DNA of 64,000 nucleotides, from contig OZ220741.1 in NCBI GenBank assembly GCA_965116885.1, forward strand, positions 1,728,001 through 1,792,000, given 5' to 3'. The position numbers were made by a program, and so were the translations under genes. The stretch's first letter is position 1. Each line of letters starts with the position of its first letter. Origin of the DNA: Candidatus Latescibacterota bacterium (lineage in GTDB: Bacteria > Latescibacterota > UBA2968). Below are positions 31,022 to 40,061 of the stretch, one piece after another. A model generated the notes under the pieces. The model was not told the origin of the DNA. It saw only the letters and a program-made list of their open reading frames with translations, and made no database searches.

Positions 31022-31037
31022 TGGCATACATGTTGCA
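31022..31037 (+). promoter_or_regulatory. sigma54 (-24/-12) promoter
   Basis: TGGCATACATGTTGCA, i.e. GG-N10-GC matching TGGCA-N6-TTGCW, about 100 nt upstream of the operon's first ATG. Confidence 0.75.
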
Positions 31038-31138
31038 TGTATCTGTTTAAGCAGTAAAAAATCTGTATTGAATCGTATGGAGATTCACGCTCTGAGCCTC
31101 AAATATTTAGACAGCGTTTTATCGCACAGGAGAAAAAT

Positions 31139-31945
31139 ATGAACAAACAGAAAATACTGATTATAGATCACGACCCCGGCATTCTATCGACCCTTGTCGG
31201 ATTTCTGAGCGATGAACCTTATGACGTATGCACAGCGAGCAATGGGAAAGAAGGGCTTGAAATTTTGAGACGAGAGAAGATCGATCTCGCCATCGCTGAA
31301 ATGTATATGGGAGGTCTTGATGGGGTCGCGCTTTTGAAGCGCGTTGCAATTGAGAAAATTCAGACAAACGTCCTGATCATGGAAAGTGTTGTGCCCATGG
31401 AAATAGCCGAAAAAATACTCAAGGCTGGTACTGCAGGCGTACTGGACAAACCGACCAATAAGGACAAATTTTTGGCAAAGATCAAAAACAGCATCCCACT
31501 GAATGAAGGAGGATACAAGGTGTCGCGGGTCCGTGAAGCATCCCGTTCACAGCCCAGATCCTTTCAACAATTCTTAAACACCGGTCGAGAGAAGGTTTCA
31601 CCAGAGGCGTTGGAATCATTCTTGGAGGAGCGTTACAGAGATCCAGACCTGAAATTTGAAGACCTCACACGCCATTTTCGGATCACCCCACCGCACGGTC
31701 ATGTACTATTCAAAAAATTTTTTAACAAGACCTTCCGCGAAAAATTGCGAGAGGTCAGAATATCGCAAGCAGAGCATTTTTTATCGGGATCATCCCTGTT
31801 GATATATGAAATTGCACGCCTATGTGGGTTTCATTCATCAAGTCGTTTCTGTCACGCTTTCAAGAGGATACATGGCATTTCTGCTACCCAGTATCGAAAA
31901 AAATTTATGCGCGGAGAGATCGAGACGCTTTCGGAAGATGCCTGA
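31139..31945 (+). CDS. Atypical response regulator (pseudo-receiver plus AraC HTH)
   Basis: REC fold with DLAIAE (acceptor D replaced by E) and LDKP; C-terminal EIARLCGF..SRFCHAFKRIHGISATQYRK. Confidence 0.85.
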   Translation: MNKQKILIIDHDPGILSTLVGFLSDEPYDVCTASNGKEGLEILRREKIDLAIAEMYMGGLDGVALLKRVAIEKIQTNVLIMESVVPMEIAEKILKAGTAGVLDKPTNKDKFLAKIKNSIPLNEGGYKVSRVREASRSQPRSFQQFLNTGREKVSPEALESFLEERYRDPDLKFEDLTRHFRITPPHGHVLFKKFFNKTFREKLREVRISQAEHFLSGSSLLIYEIARLCGFHSSSRFCHAFKRIHGISATQYRKKFMRGEIETLSEDA

Positions 31946-32001
31946 GTTGAATGTTCATTTGTCTGGTCGAAATTCACTTTTAACAGTGGGCTACATGAGT
32001 T

Positions 32002-33282
32002 ATGGCACATAGTGAACAGGTTGTAAGATTCAATGGCTATCCACAAAAAGATGTGTCTTTTGAAAACACAGAGGCACGAGAAGCCCTCTCAACTTCGGGG
32101 ATTGGCTTCCGGTTTGTGCGCTATTTCTTGCTCACCATTTTGTGCGTTGTGGGAAGCATGGTCGCGTTTATCTGTCTTTTGGGATGGCATCTGGGCATGG
32201 AAATTACGATTGCAGGACAGGGTCGCTTGCAGCCTACTGCGCGTTATGAAGTGAAAGCACAGCGATCAGGCTTGATCCAGACGGTTTATGTGCAACACGG
32301 GCAAGAGATTGCACAGGGGGATTTGATGCTGACTTTGGATGATACCGATTTACGCACGGAATTGGAGCAACTTGAACATGAACTGGCGATGAATCAGAGT
32401 CGGCGTGTGGCTCTGGTATCAGAATTGCAACGCGAGCGTGCTGTTTTGGAGACAGAGATTGCACGGGCTGAAGTGGCGTATGAGACCGCACAGTTGCAAT
32501 TGGAACAGGTACGGCAAGAATACCAGATCTACCGCAAATACGCACCTTATCGCGAGGATGGGAGTGTGCGACCACCTGTTGATACATTGATCCCTATTCG
32601 GGTACACCAGACGCGGGTAGAGAGCGCAGAGGTAGAAATTGAGCGGGCAAAACGGCGGCTGGTCGCTCTGGACAATCGCAAGCAGGAACACGAGATGCTA
32701 AAACAGACGTATGAAAAATTACAGGTCAGCCATCGCCTTGTCAAAACTCGTATGGAACAGATGAAGATATACGCACCTGTTTCTGGAACGGTGTTGACGC
32801 GCGATTTGGATAAACGCGAGGGAGATCGCATTGAGGCGGGTGAGGCCGTGATTGAATTGGCCGAATTGCACAGTTGGCAAGCAAAGGTGATGATCCAGGA
32901 AGTGGATATCCCAAAGGTGAAAGAGGGACATAAGGTGCGAATATATGTAAATGCTTTTCCACACATGGAATACAAGATTTTTGAGGGCAGGGTGACAGAC
33001 GTGCCGAGAAAACCCGAGTCTATCACACCTATGGGCGCCGGTCTCGTACCGGGCGGTATGAGCACGGTTTATCCAGTGAAGATCAGTGTGATAGATCCGC
33101 ATTTATCTGACGGAGAATGTCCGCTTGCTTATGGGATGGGTGTAGAAGCCAAAATCGTGACAGAACGCGGTCCCATCGTTGACTTGCTGTGGAAGAAGTT
33201 TCTGAAAACCGTGGGCAAAATTGGGCGTCCTGAAATTTATCGGTTGGAAGAACCCCTTGAAACTGTACAGACCGGGAACTGA
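32002..33282 (+). CDS. HlyD family membrane fusion protein
   Basis: N-terminal TM, lipoyl-like VYVQHGQEIAQGD, coiled coil, IYAPVSGTV, AFPHMEY..FEGRV, GMGVEAKI. Confidence 0.9.
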   Translation: MAHSEQVVRFNGYPQKDVSFENTEAREALSTSGIGFRFVRYFLLTILCVVGSMVAFICLLGWHLGMEITIAGQGRLQPTARYEVKAQRSGLIQTVYVQHGQEIAQGDLMLTLDDTDLRTELEQLEHELAMNQSRRVALVSELQRERAVLETEIARAEVAYETAQLQLEQVRQEYQIYRKYAPYREDGSVRPPVDTLIPIRVHQTRVESAEVEIERAKRRLVALDNRKQEHEMLKQTYEKLQVSHRLVKTRMEQMKIYAPVSGTVLTRDLDKREGDRIEAGEAVIELAELHSWQAKVMIQEVDIPKVKEGHKVRIYVNAFPHMEYKIFEGRVTDVPRKPESITPMGAGLVPGGMSTVYPVKISVIDPHLSDGECPLAYGMGVEAKIVTERGPIVDLLWKKFLKTVGKIGRPEIYRLEEPLETVQTGN

Positions 33283-33290
33283 ATGAGCCA

Positions 33291-35006
33291 ATGCGTCAGA
33301 TATTCAAAATCATCAAAATGCTCCGGCCTTACTGGCGGTTTATCTTTCAATCTCTTCTCGTGGGCATCATGGTCATGTTCTTGCAAATCCCAGGACCGTA
33401 CATCACCAAGGTTTTGATTGATGACGTATATCCCCACAAAGACTATACGCTCCTAACCTTTATCCTGATTATAGGTGCTGTGCTCTCGACGGGGTTGGGA
33501 TTCACAAATTTATTGAGCAGCTATTTTAGTCGTTATGTGGGTGTCAACATGGGATTGGATTTCAAATCTCGATTTTACTCCCATGTACAGTCGTTGGACT
33601 TCAGCTTTTTTGACAACCGTCAGACGGGCGAAATCCTGTCTCGCTTCAGGGATATGGACAGATCTATCAACAGCACCATTGGAATGGTGAATAGCCTGAT
33701 TATGAACACCCTTCAGTTGCTCATCTTTCCACCTATTTTGCTTTATATCAACTGGAAACTCGCCTTGATCAGCCTGGCGGTGTTACCTTTTGATACTGTG
33801 TTAATTATGGTTTCTAAAAAATATCTCAGCAGAGTCTCAAAAAAAGTGACCGAAGCATCTGCTGAATTATCTGCTAAGTCCTACGAATCGCTTTCGGGCA
33901 TCCGGACAGTGCAAGCACTGGGACTGGAAGCCGCGTTTTATCACAAGCTCAGAGACATCTTTCTCGATGTTTCAAAATTGCAGATCCAATCAACGCATTT
34001 AAGTGGAGGATTTGGGTTTATAGGGTCGTTGGTGAAAACAGCGGGTACTCTGGCGTATGGATGGTATGGCTGGACGCAAGTTCTATCCGGCAATCTCTCT
34101 CTGGGCAGTTATATGGCTTTTTCGGGGTATGTAGGATATCTCTACGGTCCAATAGGCAATCTCATCGGCCTCGTAGGACAGGTTGAAATGGCTTTGGTTC
34201 GCATCAATCGCTTCTTTGAAGTCTATGACTTGAAACCCGATATCCAGGATCGTCCCGATATGGCTGTGTTGCCACAGGTGCGAGGTGAGATCAGTTTTCA
34301 CAATGTGAGTTTTTCGTATCAAGAAGATCAACCCGTTTTGCGTCACATCAACCTGCACATACCCGCACAGACCACCATTGCTCTGGTCGGCAAGAGTGGG
34401 TCTGGCAAATCTACACTTGCCAAATTGATCCCGAGATTTTACGACCCGCAAGAGGGATATGTGTCTATTGATGGGTACGATATTCGAAACTATCGCTTAA
34501 AATCCATCCGGCAGCAGGTTGGATTTGCGATGCAGGGTGGCACTTTGTTTCAGGGTAGTATTTTAGACAACCTGACCTTTGGACACGATATTCCAATGCG
34601 AGATGTCCAGGCTGCGACACAAGCAGCGTACATTCACGACTTCATCGCATCCTTACCCGAGGGCTATGAAACGCTGGTGGGTGAACAAGGGTCACAGATG
34701 TCGGAGGGACAGAAACAGCGTATTGCACTGGCACGCGTGCTATTGATGGACACGCCTATCCTGATATTAGATGAACCCACCGCCGCGTTGGATATGGAAT
34801 CTGAATATCATATCCAGGAGGCATTGAAAACCGTGCGACAAGGTAGGACAACCATCATCATCGCACATCGGCTTTCAACCATTCAAAACGCAGACGAGAT
34901 TGTGGTATTGGATGAGGGACAGATCGCAGAGCGAGGAACGCACGAATGGTTAGCCATGCAAGATGGAGTTTATGCCCACTTGTATGAAAAAACAGCAAGT
35001 ATATGA
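33291..35006 (+). CDS. ABC exporter (TMD plus NBD) without a C39 peptidase domain
   Basis: RQTGEILSRF (bacteriocin/T1SS-type TMD), GKSGSGKST, MSEGQKQR, LDEPTAALD. Confidence 0.92.
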   Translation: MRQIFKIIKMLRPYWRFIFQSLLVGIMVMFLQIPGPYITKVLIDDVYPHKDYTLLTFILIIGAVLSTGLGFTNLLSSYFSRYVGVNMGLDFKSRFYSHVQSLDFSFFDNRQTGEILSRFRDMDRSINSTIGMVNSLIMNTLQLLIFPPILLYINWKLALISLAVLPFDTVLIMVSKKYLSRVSKKVTEASAELSAKSYESLSGIRTVQALGLEAAFYHKLRDIFLDVSKLQIQSTHLSGGFGFIGSLVKTAGTLAYGWYGWTQVLSGNLSLGSYMAFSGYVGYLYGPIGNLIGLVGQVEMALVRINRFFEVYDLKPDIQDRPDMAVLPQVRGEISFHNVSFSYQEDQPVLRHINLHIPAQTTIALVGKSGSGKSTLAKLIPRFYDPQEGYVSIDGYDIRNYRLKSIRQQVGFAMQGGTLFQGSILDNLTFGHDIPMRDVQAATQAAYIHDFIASLPEGYETLVGEQGSQMSEGQKQRIALARVLLMDTPILILDEPTAALDMESEYHIQEALKTVRQGRTTIIIAHRLSTIQNADEIVVLDEGQIAERGTHEWLAMQDGVYAHLYEKTASI

Positions 35007-35061
35007 TATAAACTTGACCTTCGGGGGCTGTAGTATTCATTTCTTTGAAAGGAGAAACACA

Positions 35062-35445
35062 ATGAAAATCGTAAAGTTGCACAAACCTCAGCGGATGGGC
35101 AGTTTGGAAAACGTTCTTGCCTATTCTGGTGAGGAAGATGAACAGGCCCAGGCAGATTCTACTGCTACAGATAGTACGGGTGTGCAGAGAACGGATAGGG
35201 GATTTGAAACGACCCTTGAGGGAGATGATGGGCGCATTACATTTACATTGGACCTTCCTTTTGGTAAAAAAGAAGGAGCAGGAGACGATCCAGATAGTAC
35301 AATCGTCAGTGTCTCGGGGGGGTTATTTGGTGTTAGCGCGGGAATAGAGATAGCTGTTCCTATCCCTCCGCCTACCCCTCAGCCTGATTATATTACGCCT
35401 GGTGATGTAGAGTATGATCAGTTTGGCAGAAAACTTATTCATTAA
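35062..35445 (+). CDS. Putative precursor/substrate protein (127 aa) with a CLI_3235-like leader ending in VLAY
   Basis: AAGGAGA RBS; MKIVKLHKPQRMGSLENVLAY followed by an acidic, Cys-free core; directly after the exporter. Confidence 0.65.
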   Translation: MKIVKLHKPQRMGSLENVLAYSGEEDEQAQADSTATDSTGVQRTDRGFETTLEGDDGRITFTLDLPFGKKEGAGDDPDSTIVSVSGGLFGVSAGIEIAVPIPPPTPQPDYITPGDVEYDQFGRKLIH

Positions 35446-35634
35446 TCTGGATATTGAAAATTATAACCGTTCACAGGTTTTGCCCGATCTGAAAGCCGTG
35501 AACAGTTTTCTCAGCCCCCGAAGGCTTTTTGCAATACATTTTAACATTCTCAGCGCGTTGACGTGAATTAATGAATCAAGTATTTTATCCCAGATGTCCC
35601 TTATCCCTGTCCAGATAGACGAGAGAATGCTGTA

Positions 35635-36327
35635 ATGAAAAAGTTTCTGCTGTTGTGCCTTCCCCTTGTACATGCCGTTGCTTTCTATTATTTTGCGAGT
35701 TTTATTTTAGAACCTTATAAATCTCGTGGACAAGCTCAAATTTTGTCAAAAAAAGGAAATAAGTTTTTGAAGATTGGTGCCGTTGAAGAAGCTTTGAAGG
35801 CCTATCATCAGACAGTTGAATTAAATCCCGAAAATAAGTTTGCCTGGAATATCCTGGGCTTGATTTATAGAGACCAAGAAAAAAATCAAGACGCGCTTGA
35901 AGTTTATGACCAGGCACTTCAAATACTACCTCAAGCATCTATCTTATGGAATAATCGAGGTACTGTTTTGATGAAAATAGACGAATTGGAAAAAGCACTT
36001 CTTTCATTTGATCGCGCATTAGAACTTGACACCGAATATTCTGATGCCTGGAACAATAGAGGGGTTATATTTCTGGAGTTAGGCAGATTACCCGAAGCAA
36101 TCATAGCATTAGATCGGTCAATTGAACTGAATCCCCAAAATGGTAATACCTGGTATAACCTGGCCCGAGTATATGGAGCAATGAAAAATAAAGAACAGAC
36201 TCTTTCAAGCTTAAAAAGAGCACTCCAGTGGGATCCTGCCCGAAAAAAAAGAATTCACAAAGAGCCAGCTTTCAAATTTTTATTGGCAGACGAAAGTTTT
36301 AAGATGTTGAGCAACAAACTGGATTAA
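35635..36327 (+). CDS. Membrane-anchored TPR protein
   Basis: N-terminal hydrophobic helix; about 5 TPRs (AWNILG, LWNNRG, AWNNRG, TWYNLA). Confidence 0.88.
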   Translation: MKKFLLLCLPLVHAVAFYYFASFILEPYKSRGQAQILSKKGNKFLKIGAVEEALKAYHQTVELNPENKFAWNILGLIYRDQEKNQDALEVYDQALQILPQASILWNNRGTVLMKIDELEKALLSFDRALELDTEYSDAWNNRGVIFLELGRLPEAIIALDRSIELNPQNGNTWYNLARVYGAMKNKEQTLSSLKRALQWDPARKKRIHKEPAFKFLLADESFKMLSNKLD

Positions 36328-36346
36328 ACAGAATTGGAATTATTCT

Positions 36347-37087
36347 ATGGCTCCAGGATCATCAATTGAAGAAGCCCCTAAAACGGAATCTGTACAAGAG
36401 AACTGGCCGCCAGCACTCCAGGTGCCTTTGGCAAAGGGTTTGACCTGGTCTTGTTTAATTATCCTGGAAGGTGTGATTGTGTGGAGACTTGTATCGCCAC
36501 CAAGGGGTTTCGTGAATGCCCTTATGCAAGGGTTGCATCTTCTCTTAGTGCTTTTTGTTTTGGTTCAATTCGGACGGTTTGAGTTAAAGAAAATGGTGTC
36601 TTATGATATTCCCCCTAAACGCGTATTCTTCTTCTGGATATATGCAGGTATAGGTCTAACAGCGTATTATTTACCCCTTAATTTCTGGGAAGGCCTCGGT
36701 GCCCAACCTCCAGACTTTGTTTTTCAGTATCTATGCCTTTTTATTGCACGGGTTATATTAGCACCAATTGAAGAAGAGCTTCTTTACAGAGGTCTGCTTT
36801 ACGGAACGATCAGGACAAAATATGGAAAATTTAAGGCTTATGTCATTAGTATTTCAATCTTTGTTTTTAGCCATAGACGTTTATGGCCTTATATCATAGA
36901 GGGTTATTGGGATTTATTTTTTGTGTACTTGATTGCATTGACAGTGATTGCTTGTCTTTTAACCTATCTCTACGAATCTAAGCGCAGCCTTCTGTTATGT
37001 ATGGCTTTTCATAGCTCTGCAAATATTAATGTCACTATTACACCTCTTCTTGGATTTCTGTATGGCGGCTATATCGTCAGCAAGTGA
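36347..37087 (+). CDS. CPBP (Abi/CAAX) intramembrane metalloprotease, possibly immunity or processing
   Basis: APIEEELLYRG, FVFSH, FHSSAN motifs. Confidence 0.88.
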   Translation: MAPGSSIEEAPKTESVQENWPPALQVPLAKGLTWSCLIILEGVIVWRLVSPPRGFVNALMQGLHLLLVLFVLVQFGRFELKKMVSYDIPPKRVFFFWIYAGIGLTAYYLPLNFWEGLGAQPPDFVFQYLCLFIARVILAPIEEELLYRGLLYGTIRTKYGKFKAYVISISIFVFSHRRLWPYIIEGYWDLFFVYLIALTVIACLLTYLYESKRSLLLCMAFHSSANINVTITPLLGFLYGGYIVSK

Positions 37088-37114
37088 TTTTTAAACTTCT
37101 CAAAGAGTAAAAAA

Positions 37115-37840
37115 ATGTATCAAATGCATCCCTTAAACAAAAACGATTTACATCACTATGCTACTTTTTTGAGAGATATTCAGACACACCATTGGTCCTT
37201 GTCTTCAAATGCTTTTCAAAGACAGCCAAACCCTGAATGCCTGCCCAGCTATGAAGAACTTATTGAGGACTTGAGCAATTTAGAGTACTCGGTCATCTAT
37301 TTACTCAAGCGAAATCACCGCATTATTTCATCCATGAAAATAACCCAAAAGAAATCTGAGTCCGGTGTGCTCATTTTTTCTCATGTAGAAACCCATCCCG
37401 ACTTTCAGAAACGCGGAACTTTTGGACTGGCATTGGGGGATGCGTGTTTGAGAGCGGTCTGCGGATCTGAGTGTAAACGCATCGAAATTACGACCTGGTC
37501 GTTCAATCGAAAAGGGATTCCGCTTTATAAACGCTATGGATTTCGTGCGATACCAGGCACCAATCTTTTGATGGAAAATTATCTGCCAGCTATTGTGAAG
37601 CATGTAGATGCACAACCCTATTTTGCTCGCCATGATTATATTCGTACACTCTATAACAAACGCAGTTATGGGTATGATGCTATTGAAATGAATGGCTCAA
37701 GTGTCTTTGAGTATCGCTGGAAGCCGAGAAAGGCTGATGACACATTGCGCGTGTTGGTTGATTGGAAAAAAAAAGAAATCATGGATGTGAAATGCAAGAT
37801 CATGGATTCACCATCATTAGTTAGAGAATGTCATGCGTAG
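37115..37840 (+). CDS. GNAT family N-acyltransferase
   Basis: VETHPDFQKRGTFG (motif A) and NRKGIPLYKRYGF (motif B). Confidence 0.85.
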   Translation: MYQMHPLNKNDLHHYATFLRDIQTHHWSLSSNAFQRQPNPECLPSYEELIEDLSNLEYSVIYLLKRNHRIISSMKITQKKSESGVLIFSHVETHPDFQKRGTFGLALGDACLRAVCGSECKRIEITTWSFNRKGIPLYKRYGFRAIPGTNLLMENYLPAIVKHVDAQPYFARHDYIRTLYNKRSYGYDAIEMNGSSVFEYRWKPRKADDTLRVLVDWKKKEIMDVKCKIMDSPSLVRECHA

Positions 37841-39734
37841 AGAAAATTCCTCTCAAATCCGGATTGCCATTGTCGATAGCGGCATAGACGCATCGCATTC
37901 TGGTGTGCGTGATGTTGCAGGTGGTGTTCATATTCAGATTGGGGAGAAAGGCGAGGTCGTGTTGTCAGATGATTATTACGACTGTGCAGGCCATGGCACG
38001 GCGTGTGCCGGGATTATTCGAAAGAAGGCACCTGATGCAGCACTGTATAGCGTGCGGATTTTTGATGACTCTTTGATGGCGGATGGCCGAGCACTCATTG
38101 CGGCGATTCAGTGGTGTATTGACAATGAGATGGATGTAGTGAATTTGAGCCTGGGCACGACGGATGTGACGTTTAAGAAATCTCTTCAAAAGGTGTGTCG
38201 CAAAGCGGTTGACGCTGGCGTGATTCTCGTAGCTGCTGAGAGCAATGACGGGGGTGAAAGTTATCCTGCGGTATTTCCCGAAGTGATTGGTGTGACGGGT
38301 AGTGCGATCCATGAAGTAGATGGATTTTACTACCGTAAGGATCATCGCATCGAATGTGTGGCGCGAGGCGATGATCAGCGTGTGTGCTGGTTAAACGGAA
38401 AACATATTATGACGGGGGGAAATAGCTTTGCTGCGCCGCATATCACGGGCATTATCGCACACCTGTTGGAGCAGCATCCAAAATGTTCGGTTCAAGATAT
38501 TCGGTTATTATTAAAAGAAAAAGTATTAAACGAAATATCTCAAGATCGAAATAAGTCCAAATCTGATCGTCAGGCACACCGAAAAGATTTTCAAGAGGAT
38601 TATTCTTGGATAAACAAAGCCGTGCTATATCCGTATAACAAAGAGATGCACAGCCTGGTGCGCTATCGTGATTTGCTTGCGTTTGAGATTGTCGGCGTCG
38701 CCGATCCCATTGGCAAGGGGATGGTGGGCAAGGATGCAGGCCAGGTGATTGGGGAACCCCATGCAAATTTGCGGATTAGCCCAAATATCCGCCGCGCAAT
38801 GGCAGATGCGGATACGCTTATCCTCGGGTATGTGGATCAACTATCTCGCATCCGCAAGCGCGATTTGTTGAGAGAATATGTGCAATTGGCTCTTGATGAG
38901 GGATGCCATGTGTTCAGTTTTCAGGCACTTGATCCAACCGTTTACGGCGATCTGTATGATACATCGGGCAAAAAGGGACTGAACCTTGCCTATCCTCATA
39001 TTCATAGAGAAGAACTTGCACAGGCGATTCAGCATTTCAACGCGCTTCCACCTGTGGATGTGCCAGTGCTTTCTGTGATGGGGACGAGTTCTCAACAGGG
39101 CAAGTTCACGTTGCAACTCGCGCTCAGGCGTAGGCTCATCCAAAAGGGCTATAAAGTCGGGCAGATCGGCACTGAACACCATTCCCGGTTATTCGGCATG
39201 GATGCTGCTTTTCCAATGGGTTACGCTTCACCGCTCAAACTGCCATTTCAACATTACATACCGTATTTGGATTACAAAATGCGAGAAATTTGCCAGCGCA
39301 CACAGCCCGATATTATCCTGACAGGCTCTCAATCGGGAACTATTCCCTATCATGTCCAGGAACACAGTACACATTGCTTGTCTTCACTGGCATTTTTACT
39401 GGGGGTAAAACCCGATGCCTGCATTCTGGTGGTCAATAGTATTGATGCAGAAGAATACATACGCGATACCATAGATGGCATACGTGCGGTGTGCAAAGCA
39501 TTGACCATCTTGCTGGCGATGGGCGACCACGAAAAACACATCCGAACAGCTTATGGGCGCAGTATGATCACGCCCGAAAAGATGGCACAAGTCCAAATAG
39601 AACAGCACTTAAAAAAACTACAAGATACGTTTTGTGTGCCTGCGATTGAAATTCTTTCAGAGATAGGTCAACAGCGTCTTGTGGAAACTGTGATTCGATA
39701 TTTTTCAAAGGATGATACAGCAGGTATTGCATAG
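37833..39734 (+). CDS. S8 subtilase fused to a TIGR04066/DUF1611-like peptide-maturation domain
   Basis: Triad IVDSG / HGTACAG / GNSFAAP, no signal peptide; C-terminal part KAVLYPYNKE..GKDAG and VPVLSVMGTSSQQGKFTLQLALR..GYKVGQIGTE. Confidence 0.8.
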   Translation: MRRENSSQIRIAIVDSGIDASHSGVRDVAGGVHIQIGEKGEVVLSDDYYDCAGHGTACAGIIRKKAPDAALYSVRIFDDSLMADGRALIAAIQWCIDNEMDVVNLSLGTTDVTFKKSLQKVCRKAVDAGVILVAAESNDGGESYPAVFPEVIGVTGSAIHEVDGFYYRKDHRIECVARGDDQRVCWLNGKHIMTGGNSFAAPHITGIIAHLLEQHPKCSVQDIRLLLKEKVLNEISQDRNKSKSDRQAHRKDFQEDYSWINKAVLYPYNKEMHSLVRYRDLLAFEIVGVADPIGKGMVGKDAGQVIGEPHANLRISPNIRRAMADADTLILGYVDQLSRIRKRDLLREYVQLALDEGCHVFSFQALDPTVYGDLYDTSGKKGLNLAYPHIHREELAQAIQHFNALPPVDVPVLSVMGTSSQQGKFTLQLALRRRLIQKGYKVGQIGTEHHSRLFGMDAAFPMGYASPLKLPFQHYIPYLDYKMREICQRTQPDIILTGSQSGTIPYHVQEHSTHCLSSLAFLLGVKPDACILVVNSIDAEEYIRDTIDGIRAVCKALTILLAMGDHEKHIRTAYGRSMITPEKMAQVQIEQHLKKLQDTFCVPAIEILSEIGQQRLVETVIRYFSKDDTAGIA

Positions 39735-39742
39735 GAGGGGTT

Positions 39743-40018
39743 ATGTCTATTGAACATCGGGTCAAACAGGTGATCATTCGCACGTTGTCTCTTGAAGTTG
39801 AAGCAGACGAAATTGACGATGAAGACGAGCTTTTTGGAGGTGGCCTGGGTATTAATTCGATGGCGACGATTGAAATTATTGTGGGTCTGGAAGAAGAATT
39901 TGGCATTGAGGTGCCAGATGAAGATTTGCGCGTGGAACTGTTTGATAGCGTGCAAACCATGGCCGACTATGTTCGCGCAGTGTTACAGAAAGTACCTGCT
40001 GCCGGATATATAGAATAG
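39743..40018 (+). CDS. Acyl/peptidyl carrier protein
   Basis: LGINSMATIEIIVGLEEEFGIEV; phosphopantetheine Ser retained. Confidence 0.9.
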   Translation: MSIEHRVKQVIIRTLSLEVEADEIDDEDELFGGGLGINSMATIEIIVGLEEEFGIEVPDEDLRVELFDSVQTMADYVRAVLQKVPAAGYIE

Positions 40019-40061
40019 ATTTTTCGCTCACACTCGGATGACATAGCTTTTGAGACACATC

